From: Anaeramoeba ignava BMAN
Lineage: Eukaryota; Protista; Anaeramoebae
Direction of reading: 5' to 3'
NCBI GenBank assembly: GCA_028826165.1
Contig: JAPDFW010000142.1
Coordinates: forward strand, 1 to 64,000
Length of the DNA stretch: 64,000 bases
In this document: positions 36,339 to 47,900 of the stretch, one piece after another
Position numbering within the stretch: the stretch's first letter is position 1
Layout of the letters: every line of letters begins with the position of its first letter
Notes under the pieces: model-generated
The model's input: the letters and a program-made list of their open reading frames with translations, nothing else
What the model was told of the DNA's origin: nothing
The model's database searches: none
Translations under genes and position numbers: made by a program

Positions 36339-37717
36339 ATGGTTAGAATAAAACAAAGATATTTACTTGTTGAAATTATTTGGAAAGATGCTGGTGTTGA
36401 TAAAAAATTAAATTCTCAAATTATTTTTAATTCAATTAGACAAAGTATTCAATATCATTTTGGTGAATTTGGAAATGCAAAATATCTTGAAAGATTAGCA
36501 AGTAATAATTTCTAAAATTCAAAATTAAAATTAAAATTAAAATTAAAATTAAATTTAAAATGAAAATTAAAATTAAAATTAAAATTAAAATTAAAATTAA
36601 AATCAAAATCAAAATCAAAATCAAAATCAAAATCAAAATCAAAATCAAAATCAAAATCAAAATTAAAATTAAAATCAAAATCAAAAATTAAAATTTAAAT
36701 TAAAATCAAAATTAAAATAAAAATTAAAATCAAAATCAAAATCAAAATCAAAATTAAAATCAAAATCAAAATCAAAATTAAAATCAAAATCAAAATAAGA
36801 AAGAAAATCAAAATCAAAATCAAAATCAAAATCAAAATCTAAATCTAAATCTAAATCTAAATCAAAATTAAAATCAAAATCAAAATCTAAATCAAAATCA
36901 AAATCAAAATCAAAATTCAAAATTAAAATCAAAAATCAAAATCAAAATCAAAATCAAAATCAAAATTAAAATTAAAATTAAAATCAAAATCAAAATCAAA
37001 ATTAAAATCAAAAATTAAAATCAAAATTAAAATAAAAATCAAAATGAAAATCAAAATGAAAATCTAAATTAAAATCAAAATCAAAATTAAAATCTAAATT
37101 AAAATTAAAATCAAAATCAAAATCAAAATCAAAATCAAAATCAAAATCAAAATAAATCAAAATCAAAATCAAAATCAAAATCAAAATCAAAATCAAAATC
37201 AAAATCAAAATCAAAATCAAAATCAAAATCAAAATCAAAATCAAAATCAAAATCAAAATCAAAATCAAAATCAATATCAAAATCAAAATCAAAATCAATA
37301 TCAAAATCAAAATTTAAATCAAAATCAAAATTAAAATTTTAAGTTAAATATTTAAGTCCTTTGAAAAATCTAACAATTATAAGATGTGCAAGAAAAAATT
37401 TAAGAGAAGTTTGGAGTTCAATAACTTTTCTTCGACAAATTAATACAAGAGAATGTATTTGTAGAGTTTTACATACTTCAGGAACTATTTTATCTTGTCA
37501 AAAACAAGCAATTAAATATTCTGAAGATTCATTATTAATTACAACAGTAGCTTTTAAAAATCAATTTAAATCAAATAAAAATGAAATTGAAAATCAAAAT
37601 CAAAATGAAAATCAAATTGAAAATGAAAATCAAAATGAAAATCAAAATGAAAATGAAAAAGAAAAAGAAAAAGAAAATGGAAAAAAAAGAAAGAAAATGA
37701 AATTTTTAGATTTTTAA
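36339..37717 (+). CDS. POP5: RNase P/MRP protein subunit Pop5 (Rpp14/Pop5 family)
   Basis: Exons 36339-36501 and 37344-37717. MVRIKQRYLLVEI, IRQSIQYHFGEFG, IKYLSP...IIRCAR...VWSSITFL...VLHTSGTILSCQK. The intron is AAAAT(C/T) microsatellite. Confidence 0.9.
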
Positions 37718-38900
37718 ATTTTTAGATGAAATTGTTGTTTATTCAATATCAAAATCAAAATCAAAATCAAAATCAAAATCAAAATCAAAATCAAAATCAA
37801 AATCAAAATTAAAATTAAAATCAATATAAAAATCAAAATCAAAATCAAAATCAAAATCAAAATCATTGAAAATCAATATCAAAATCAAAATCAAAATCAA
37901 AATTAAAATCAAAATCAAAATCAAAATCAAAATTAAAATGAAAATTAAAATGAAAATCAAAATTAAAATCAAAATCAAAATCAAAATCAAAATCAAAATC
38001 AAAATCAAAATAAAAATTAAAATAAAAATTAAAATCAAAATCAAAATCAAAATGAAAATCAAAATCAAAATCAAAATCAAAATCAAAATCATTGAAAATC
38101 AATATCAAAATCAAAATCAAAATCAAAATTAAAATCAAAATCAAAATCAAAATCAAAATTAAAATGAAAATTAAAATGAAAATCAAAATTAAAATGAAAA
38201 TAAAAATCAAAATCAAAATAAAAATCAAAATCAAAATAAAAATCAAATTGAAAATGAAAATCAAATTGAAAATCAAAATCAAATTGAAAATCAAAATCAA
38301 ATTGAAAATCAAATTGAAAATCAAAATCAAAATCAAAATCAAAATTAAAATTAAAATTAAAATTAAAATCAAAATCAAAATCAAAATCAAAATCAAAATC
38401 AAAATTAAAATCAAAATCAAAATCAAATTAAAAATCAAAATCAAAATTAAAATCAAATTGAAAATCAAAATGAAAATCAAAATCAAAATGAAAATCAAAA
38501 TCAAAATGAAAATGAAAATGAAAATGAAAATGAAAAAGAAAAAGAAAAAGAAAATGGAAAAAAAAGAAAGAAAATGAAATTTTTAGATTTTTAAATTTTT
38601 AGATGAAATTGTTGTTTATTCAAAATCAAAATCAAAATCAAAATCAAAATCAAAATCAAAATAAAAATCAAATTGAAAATGAAAATCAAAATGAAAATCA
38701 AAATGAAAATCAAAATCAAAATCAAAATCAAAATCAAAATCAAAATCAAATTGAAAATCAAATTGAAAATCAAAATCAAAATCAAAATCAAAATCAAAAT
38801 CAAAATCAAAATTAAAATCAAAATCAAAATCAAAATCAAAATTAAAATGAAAATCAATATAAAAATCAAAATAAAAATCAAATTAAAAATCAAATTGTTT
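37718..38900 (+). repeat. (AAAATC/AAAATT/AAAATG)n microsatellite containing a duplicated copy of the POP5 3' end
   Basis: Direct reading; 37643-37746 is repeated at about 38520-38623, and ATCATTGAAAATCAATATC occurs at 37862 and 38088. Confidence 0.88.
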
Positions 38901-38960
38901 ATTAAAAATTAAAATTCATTTTTTTTAAATTCATTTTTTTCTTTTCATTTTTTTTTTAAA

Positions 38961-39725
38961 ATGTTTCAAACTCCAAAAGAATTAAGACAAGAAATTAGAA
39001 AAGGAAATTTTAAAAAACCTACATCAGGTTTATGTCCAGGATATCTTCAAGCAAACTTAGTGATGATTGAAGAAAAATATGCAGAAAAATTCGAAGAGTT
39101 TTGTAAATCAAACAAAGAAGCATGCCCATTAATTGATATCACAGAAACAAATAAATATGAATCAAAACTAGCAAAAAATTCCGATTTAAGAACTGATTTA
39201 CCTAAATATAGAATTTATCAAAAAGGAATTTTAATAGATGAAGTTGAAAATGTGACCCAAATTGTCGAAAATTATAAAATGAGATGTTTTTTATTAGGAT
39301 GCTCTTTTTCTTTTGAAGATTTGCTAGTTCAAGAAAAAATTCCTGTTCGAAATATTGAAGAAAAAAAAAATGTTTCAATGTTCATTACAAATTTAGATTG
39401 TGTTTCTGTTGAAAATTTTAACACTAAACTTGTTGTTTCAATGAGACCAATTCCAGAAAATTTAATTGAAAAAACAATCGAATTAACAGAAAAATGTGGA
39501 ATTGCTCATGGAAAACCAGTTCATATTGGAAATCCTGATAAAATTGGAATTAAAGATATTTTTAAACCTGATTTTGGTGATTCTGTTTCCATTTTTGAAA
39601 ATGAAAAACCTTGTTTTTGGGCTTGTGGTGTTACTTGTTCTCTTGCTGCTCTTTCTATTAAATCTGATTTAGTTATAACTCATTCACCTGGTCATATGTT
39701 TGTTACTGATTCAAAAGAAGTTTAA
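38961..39725 (+). CDS. D-glutamate cyclase-like / DUF1445 (UPF0317, YcsI-like putative hydro-lyase), single-domain form
   Basis: Intronless 254 aa with PTSGLCPGYLQANLV, DLRTDLPKYRIY, FLLGCSFSFE, VVSMRP, HGKPVHIG.P..IGI.D...PDFGD, FWACGVT, ITHSPGHMFVTD. Confidence 0.88.
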   Translation: MFQTPKELRQEIRKGNFKKPTSGLCPGYLQANLVMIEEKYAEKFEEFCKSNKEACPLIDITETNKYESKLAKNSDLRTDLPKYRIYQKGILIDEVENVTQIVENYKMRCFLLGCSFSFEDLLVQEKIPVRNIEEKKNVSMFITNLDCVSVENFNTKLVVSMRPIPENLIEKTIELTEKCGIAHGKPVHIGNPDKIGIKDIFKPDFGDSVSIFENEKPCFWACGVTCSLAALSIKSDLVITHSPGHMFVTDSKEV

Positions 39726-39802
39726 AATTTTTTAAATTTGAAAGCAAAAAAAAAATTATTAATAAAAAAAAAGTGGAACAAAAAAAAATTTTTTTTTTAT
39801 TA

Positions 39803-42614
39803 TTAAATTTCTTTTTCAAAAATTTTTCCATTTAAATATTCCAAATCGGGACAAACAAAAATTGAATTGGGAAATTGAATCATTTCCCAAACATCTGTTT
39901 TATATTCTGTAAAATCAATATATTGTTTGAGAATTTGTAAAGAATCAGGAACTAAAGTTGGAGTTGGTTGTTTTTTATTCATAAGAATTACTAATTTTTC
40001 ATAAGGAAAAGGATTTGGATCGAAACTAAATACAAGAAAATTTGAATTAAAATTTGAATTAAAATTAGAAATTTAAATTTGAATTAAAATTTACTCATCA
40101 GGTGTGAAATTATAAAAAATTTGATAAATTTGATTTGATGATAAAGAAGGACAAATTTCTGTAAAAATTGATTTTTCTTCTGGAAATTTTTGTTCAATTA
40201 CATTTTTCATTAAAATACAATTAAGTGTATCTTTAAGTTGTTGTAATTCAACACTAAATTTAAAATTAAAATAAGCAAGAGTTCTTTTTTGTTTTTTGTT
40301 TTTTGTTTTTAAATCTAATTTACTTGACAATTGAAAATCCTGATCCAGAAATCCAATCTTCTAACGAACTAACAAGTATTTTAATTTGAACAAACAAATG
40401 GAATTGGCATAATTCCTTTTTTGAATAAATTTCCTTCATTAAAATGGCAACAATATTTTGAAGCACTTGTCGAATAAAAACCACAATTATATTTTCAGGT
40501 AATTTTTTAGATCTTAAATTTATCACAAATTGATCAAGCAAATGAAGTAATTTCTGTTCAAATTTATGCTGTTCATTTTCCTCGTTTTTAATAATTAATA
40601 AATCCTTTTTTTTCTGAATTTGTTTCAAATTATCATGTAAAATGGGCTTGATTTGCTGTTTCAGATTTTCTGAAATTTGGATGAAAAGTTGTGAGAAAAG
40701 TAGATACAGTTCTTGAACGAAAAACATCACAACTCGGTTATAATTTGGGTTATTTTGAGTGTTTTTTTGATCAGTAATATCATCTGGATTAATTTTATAA
40801 AGAATATTCCCAATTTCCGTTGGTGAAAAACTTTGAACCATAAAATTCTTCATTGTAATTGAATTAAGATACACAATAGTTGATAAAAGCCACATTAATT
40901 TTTCAGGTCGATTTTGGTGAATGGAAACTAAATACTGGAAATTATTAAGAAAGCTACGAATCAACGAATTATTTCGCTTCAATTCTTGATCTTGAAAAAT
41001 TCCCCAATATTTAAAAAATTTGAAAAAAAAACATGAAGGAATGGGAATATTATCTTCAAATAAATCAGTATGAAAATAAAGAAAAACTTCAAACAATTGT
41101 TTTTGTTGATTCAATAGGTTTTGTGTTTCAATTTGTTCTTGAAATAATTGAATTTGTTGTGCTTTTTGTTCAATTGAATTAGAAAATTGCTGAATTTTTG
41201 CTTTTTGGATTGGATTTAATTGTTTTGTTTCTTCAAATGGAATTTTTAATTCTTGGTTTGATTTGTTTTTTTTCTTTTTTATTTTTTCTGAATTTGAATT
41301 ATTGTTATTATTATTATTTTGATTTTGTTTTTCAAAAATTTGTTTTTTTTGAAATTTTTCTTGTTTGTTTTTCACCCAATTACTTTTAACATCATTTTCA
41401 AAAGAATCTTTTTTTTGATTTAGATTTAAATTTCTATTTAAATTTCTATTTTGATTTTGATTTTGATTTAAATTTTGATTTTGATTTTGATTTAAATTTT
41501 GATTTAAATTTTGATTTTGATTTTGATTTTGATTTTCATCATCATCATCATCCAAAATTTGTATTTTTTGATTTAGATTAATTTGTATATTTTCATTTTC
41601 ATTTTGATTTTCATCATCATTTTCATCATTATTTCCATCTTCATCATCAGCATCGTTTTTATCTTCTTGAAAATTTCCCACATCTGAAAAATCAAAATCA
41701 TTTAAATCTTCACTTTCATCTTCTGAATTATGTCTTAGTGAATTATCTGTATCAGTTTGCATAATTGTTTTAACAGTAATTTCAGAATAATCTTCAATTT
41801 TTACTAAATTTTCATTTTGATTTTCATTTTGATTTTCATTTTGATTTTCAATTTGATTTTGATTTTCAAATTGATTTTGATTTTCAATTTGATTTTCAAT
41901 TTGATTTTCAATTTGATTTTGATTTTCATTTTCATTTTCATTTTCATTTTCATTTTCAATTTCATTTTGATTTTGATTTTGATTTTCATTTTGGTTTTGA
42001 TTTTGATTTTCATTCAAATTTTCAATTTTTGAAACTGCTTCTTCAACTTCAGGATAAATCAATAAAGGAGGAGTTTTTTCAATTTCAGTTGAAAAAATTT
42101 TCAAACAATAATATAAAGAAGGATTTTTTGCATTTGGAATTTCTTTTTTAAGAACAAAATGAGTTTCTTGAATAATTGGAGATTCAATTCCAACAAAATC
42201 AGATAAATTAATAGATATTTTTCCAATTCTTTTTTCTTTATCACCAGTTTTTGATGACTAAAAAAAAGGAAAGAATAAAAATCATAACGAAAAAAATTTT
42301 TAATCACTTTTTGTTTCTTTTTGGAAAATCTTGTTATTAATAATAATAAATACAATTCTTAAAAAAAATTCAAGAAGTTTTTCATCAAATTTCTTTGTTT
42401 TTTTCTTTTGAAATAATGTTATTGGAATTTGTGTTTTATATATAAATTTTGCTATTCCATTTGAAGAAACTGTTTGTTTTTCTGTTTTTCCTTTTGTTTG
42501 TCCTCTTCTCCATTCAACTAATGTTTTTACATCTTCCATTGAGATGTTATTAACACTTATTATAATAAATGATAAAGTTGATTTTATTTTGGTTGTTTTT
42601 GAATGACGAAACAT
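39803..42614 (-). CDS. NT-C2 (EEIG1/EHBP1-type) domain + Dilute (DIL) domain protein
   Basis: Exons 42614-42354, 42257-40324, 40253-40095 and 40025-39803. NT-C2 (VEWRRG..KGKT...ITLFQ...FDEK...IGKISINLSDF); Dilute (LMWLLST, QIKILVSSLEDW, ICPSLSSNQIYQIFYNFTPDDFD). Confidence 0.82.
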
Positions 42615-42793
42615 TTTATTTATTTGGAAAAAAATGAAAAATGAAAAATGAAAAAAATGAAAAAATTTTTTTCTTAATTTTAATTTTGATTTTGATTTTA
42701 ATTTTAATTTTGATTTTAATTTTAATTTTGATTTTGAATTTAATTTTAATTTTAATTTTAATTTTAATTTTGAATTTAATTTTAATTTTGATT

Positions 42794-44671
42794 TTAATTT
42801 TGATTTTGATAATGAAATTTCCTGATTAATAAATCAAATAAATTTGGATTTGTTTGATTTAATTGAAAATAATCAATTCCTCTTTCAAATTCATCAATTA
42901 TTTTTTTTGTAATTTTATTTGTAGTTTCAGAATATTTTATGATTCCTAAATTTTCTTGGTTTAATTCATTGTAATCATCAAATTCAATTATTTCTTGTGT
43001 AATTTGAATTTCTTCTTTAATTTGATTTGAATAAATCCAATATTCAAATATTTGAAATGATTCTTCACTTAATTCACTATAATCTGTAACTTTATTAGAA
43101 GTATCTTCTGTTACAGATAAAAACATTCCTCTATATAATTCACTTCTCATTATTAATATTAATTTAGGAAATTTATATTGCTTTTCTTTTCTTTCAATTA
43201 TAAAATCTTTTTCATTTTCATTTTCATTTAAATAAATTCTTTTCATTGTTTCTTCTATTTTTTCATTTGAATTTATAATTTCTTTAATTTCACAATATAA
43301 TTTTGGATTTATTATTCTGTTTGAATAAATCATTTCAATTATTTGATTTGATTCTTTAATTGATTTTTTTGAAATAATTTCTTTAAGTTTTTGATTTTGA
43401 TTTTGATTTTGATTTAATCTATATTTCAATATTAATTTATGAGCTTCAATTATTTCTCCATTTTCTGTTTTAAATGAAATATCACAAAATTCTTTTCTTC
43501 TAAATAATTTTATCAAATCTTCTTCAAGATTAGAAAAAGAAAGAGAATAATAGAGAAATGATTTATTATCTCCACAAGAAATATGATAATTGGAAATATC
43601 TTCATTAAATTTTAATTTAGGAAGTTCAATTTGAATTGGAATCAATTCATATTTTGTATTTGTATTTCCTAATTCACCATATTCATTTTGTCCAAATCCA
43701 ATTAATTTTGAATTAGAAGTTAAAATCAAAGTATGGAAACATCCAACAGAAACATCAAGAATATAATCATCATTTTCAAATAAAGATGATTTGAATTCAG
43801 TAAATTCATAAGTATAGTCATATTCATCTTTAAAAAATTCATTATATCTAGAATCTCCACATGAATAAAGTTTTCTTTTTGGATTTTCATTTTCATTTTC
43901 AATCAACATTATTGAATGAGCATCTCCACATTTAATATCAATTATTTTGCCTTTTGGAATATTTTGGATTTTGGTTAATTTTTGGATTTTTTTTTCTTCT
44001 TTTTTTGATTCTCCTAATCCAAGTTGACCTTGTTCATTATATCCGCATCCAAATAATTCTTGATTTGAATTTAAAAGAAAAACATTAACTGAAGAATGTC
44101 CTGAAAATATTTTAGAAACATTTTTCATCATTAAAATTGGTTTTTCTGTATTTGGAAGTGTTTCAGAATCTAAACCAACTTGACCAAATTCATTTGAACC
44201 AATTCCATAAACATTTTGATTTGAAGTTAATAAGTAAATTGAATTAGCTCCACAAACAATATCTTCAATTATTCTATTATTTGTATCTTCAATTAATGAT
44301 GAAATATTGATAAATTTATTTGGATTATTTGGATCAATATCATAACCTTTTGCAAATACATTTCCTTCTATTGTTAAAATAGCTTCATTTTCAAAACCAA
44401 CAGTTACTTTTTGAATATTTTCTTCAATTTGGATTTTTTCAGGATTTTGATTTGAATCATTTTCATTTAAATATTCTATTGCTTTTCCATTTTTAAAAAG
44501 GAAAATTATTGAAAATCTTCCTGATGAAATTTGTTTAATTTGTTTTTCATTTTCATTTTCATTTTCATTTTCATTTTCAAATTTAAATTGAATTGGTTTT
44601 TTTATTTTATCTGATTCATTTTGGATAAGATTTGGATATTGATTTAAACCAAAAAATAAACAATCATTCAT
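42794..44671 (-). CDS. RCC1-repeat + BTB/POZ domain protein (paralog of 9015-10808)
   Basis: Intronless 625 aa sharing long near-identical blocks with the 9015 ORF (e.g. FSNLEEDLIKLFRRKEFCDISFKTENGEIIEAHKLILKYRL). Confidence 0.88.
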   Translation of the reverse strand: MNDCLFFGLNQYPNLIQNESDKIKKPIQFKFENENENENENEKQIKQISSGRFSIIFLFKNGKAIEYLNENDSNQNPEKIQIEENIQKVTVGFENEAILTIEGNVFAKGYDIDPNNPNKFINISSLIEDTNNRIIEDIVCGANSIYLLTSNQNVYGIGSNEFGQVGLDSETLPNTEKPILMMKNVSKIFSGHSSVNVFLLNSNQELFGCGYNEQGQLGLGESKKEEKKIQKLTKIQNIPKGKIIDIKCGDAHSIMLIENENENPKRKLYSCGDSRYNEFFKDEYDYTYEFTEFKSSLFENDDYILDVSVGCFHTLILTSNSKLIGFGQNEYGELGNTNTKYELIPIQIELPKLKFNEDISNYHISCGDNKSFLYYSLSFSNLEEDLIKLFRRKEFCDISFKTENGEIIEAHKLILKYRLNQNQNQNQKLKEIISKKSIKESNQIIEMIYSNRIINPKLYCEIKEIINSNEKIEETMKRIYLNENENEKDFIIERKEKQYKFPKLILIMRSELYRGMFLSVTEDTSNKVTDYSELSEESFQIFEYWIYSNQIKEEIQITQEIIEFDDYNELNQENLGIIKYSETTNKITKKIIDEFERGIDYFQLNQTNPNLFDLLIRKFHYQNQN

Positions 44672-44908
44672 TTTTGAAAAGAAAAAAATGAAAAAATGAA
44701 AAAATTAATTTTGGAAATTTTTTTAAAATTTAATTTTGAATTTTTTTTTAAAGATTCTTTTCTTTTTTTTTTTTTCTACTGTTGTTTTTTTTTTTGAAAT
44801 GAATCTAGAAAAAAAAATAAATTTTTTCTTTATCGGTTAAATTTAAAAAAAAAAGAAAAGAAAGAAAAAAAAAAGTGGAATTTTCTCAAAAAAAAAATTT
44901 TTTTTTTT

Positions 44909-47900
44909 TTAACGGCAATCCCAAATTTTCAACATACAATCAACAGAACCAGAAGCAAGTTGAGGAAAACGAGGATTAAAAGATAGAGTTTGAATAAAAT
45001 GTTCATGAGCTTCATATAAAATACGAATACATCTTCCAGTTTCAATTTCCCAAATTCTAATTGTTCTATCATCAGAACAACTAATTATAAATTTTCCACA
45101 AGGATGAAAAAGAACTTGTCTAACCCAATTATCATGTCCAATAAATGTTTGAATACATTGTCCTGTTGATATATCCCATAATTTAATTGTTTTATCTCTT
45201 GATCCTGTTACTAAATATGATGAAGGTTCTTTTTTGACAACTTTTTCTGATTTTTCATTTTGATTCTTTTTGATTTTTAATTTTTTATATTAATTTTAAT
45301 TTTAATTTTAATTTTAATTTTTTATATTGATTTTAATTTTAATATTGATTTTAATTTTTTATATTGATTTTAATTTTAATTTTAATTTTAATTTTGATTT
45401 TAATTTTAATTTTAATTTTAATTTTAATTTTAATTTTTTATATTGATTTTAATTTTAATTACAGATTCTATTTTTGAAATGTATTCATTTGCTTCAAGTG
45501 GTGAAAAATCAAGAGATTCAATAACATGCTCATGACCTTTTAAAACTTTTAAACATTTTCCAGTTGAAATATTCCAAATTCGAGCAGTCTTTTTTATTAT
45601 TAAATTTATTATTAAAATTATTATTAAAATTATTATTAAAATTATTATTAAAATTATTATTAAAATTATTATTAAAATTATTATTAAATTTATTATTAAA
45701 TTTATTATTAAAATTATTATTAAATTTATTATTAAAATTATTATTAAAATTATTATTAAAATTATTATTAAATTTATTTCTAAAATTATTATTAAAATTA
45801 TTATTAAAATTATTATTAAAATTATTATTAAAATTATTATTAAAATTATTATTAAAATTATTATTAAAATTATTATTAAAAATTATTATTAAAATTATTA
45901 TTAAAATTATTATTAAATTTATTTCTAAAATTATTATTAAATTTATTTCTAAAATTATTATTAAAATTATTATTAAATTTATTATTAAAATTATTATTAA
46001 AATTATTATTAAATTTATTATTAAAATTATTATTAAAATTATTATTAAAAATTATTATTAAAATTATTATTAAAATTATTATTAAAATTATTATTAAAAA
46101 TTTATTATAAATTAATTTATTATTAAATTTATTTCTAAAATTATTATTAAAAATTATTATTAAAATTTATTAAAATTATTAAAATTATTATTAAAATTAT
46201 TATTAAAATTATTATTAAAATTATTATTAAAATTATTATTAAAAATTATTATTAAAATTATTATTAAAAATTATTATTAAAATTATTATTAAATTTATTA
46301 TTAAATTTATTTCTAAAATTATTATTAAATTTATTTCTAAAATTATTATTAAAATTATTATTAAAATTATTATTAAAATTATTATTAAAATTATTATTAA
46401 AATTATTATTAAAATTATTATTAAAAATTATTATTAAAATTATTATTAAAATTATTATTAAAATTATTATTAAAATTATTATTAAAAATTATTATTAAAA
46501 TTATTATTAAAATTATTATTAAATTTATTTCTAAAATTATTATTAAAATTATTATTAAAAATTATTATTAAAATTATTATTAAAATTATTATTAAAATTA
46601 TTATTAAAATTATTATTAAAATTATTATTAAAATTATTATTAAAATTATTATTAAAATTATTATTAAATTTATTTCAAAAAAATTATTATTAAATTTATT
46701 TCTAAAATTATTATTAAAATTATTATTAAATTTATTATTAAAATTATTATTAAAATTATTATTAAAATTATTATTATATTTATTATTAAAATTTTTATTT
46801 AAATTTATTATTAAAATTATTATTAAAATTATTATTAAATTTATTTCTAAAATTATTATTAAAATTATTATTAAATTTATTATTAAAATTATTATTAAAT
46901 TGATTATTAAATTTAATATTAAATTTATTATTAAAATTATTATTAAATTTATTAATAATATTATTATTATATTTAATATTAAAATTATTATTAAAATAAT
47001 TATTAAATTTATTATTAAAATTATTATTAAATTTATTTCTAAAATTATTATTAAAATTATTATTAAAATTATTATTAAAATTATTATTAAAATTATTATT
47101 AAAATTATTATTAAAATTATTATTAAAATTATTATTAAAATTATTATTATATTTATTATTAAAATTATTATTAAAATTATTATTAAATTTATTATTAAAT
47201 TTATTATTAAATTTATTATTATAATTATTATTAAAATTATTATTAAATTGATTATTAAAATTATTATTAAAATTATTATTAAATTTATTATTAAAATTGT
47301 TATTAAAATTATTATTAAATTTATTATTAAATTTATTATTAAAATTATTATTAAAATTATTATTAAATTTATTATTAAAATTATTATTAAAATTATTATT
47401 ATTAAAATTATTATTAAATTTATTTCTAAATTTATTATTAAAATTATTATTTAAAATTATTATTAAATTTATTATTAAATTTATTATTAAAATTATTATT
47501 AAAATTATTATTAAAATTATTATTAAAATTATTATTAAAATTATTAATATATTTATTATTAAAATTATTATTAAATTTATTATTAAAATTATTATTAAAA
47601 TTATTATTAAATTTATTATTAAAATTATTATTAAAATTATTATTAAAATTATTATTAAAATTATTATTAAAATTATTATTAAAATTATTATTAAAATTAT
47701 TATTAAAATTATTATTAAAATTATTATTAAAATTATTATTAAAATTATTATTAAAATTATTATTAAAATTATTATTAAAATTATTATTAAAATTATTATT
47801 AAAATTATTATTAAAATTATTATTAAAATTATTATTAAAATTATTATTAAAATTATTATTAAAATTATTATTAAATTTATTATTAAATTTATTATTAAAA

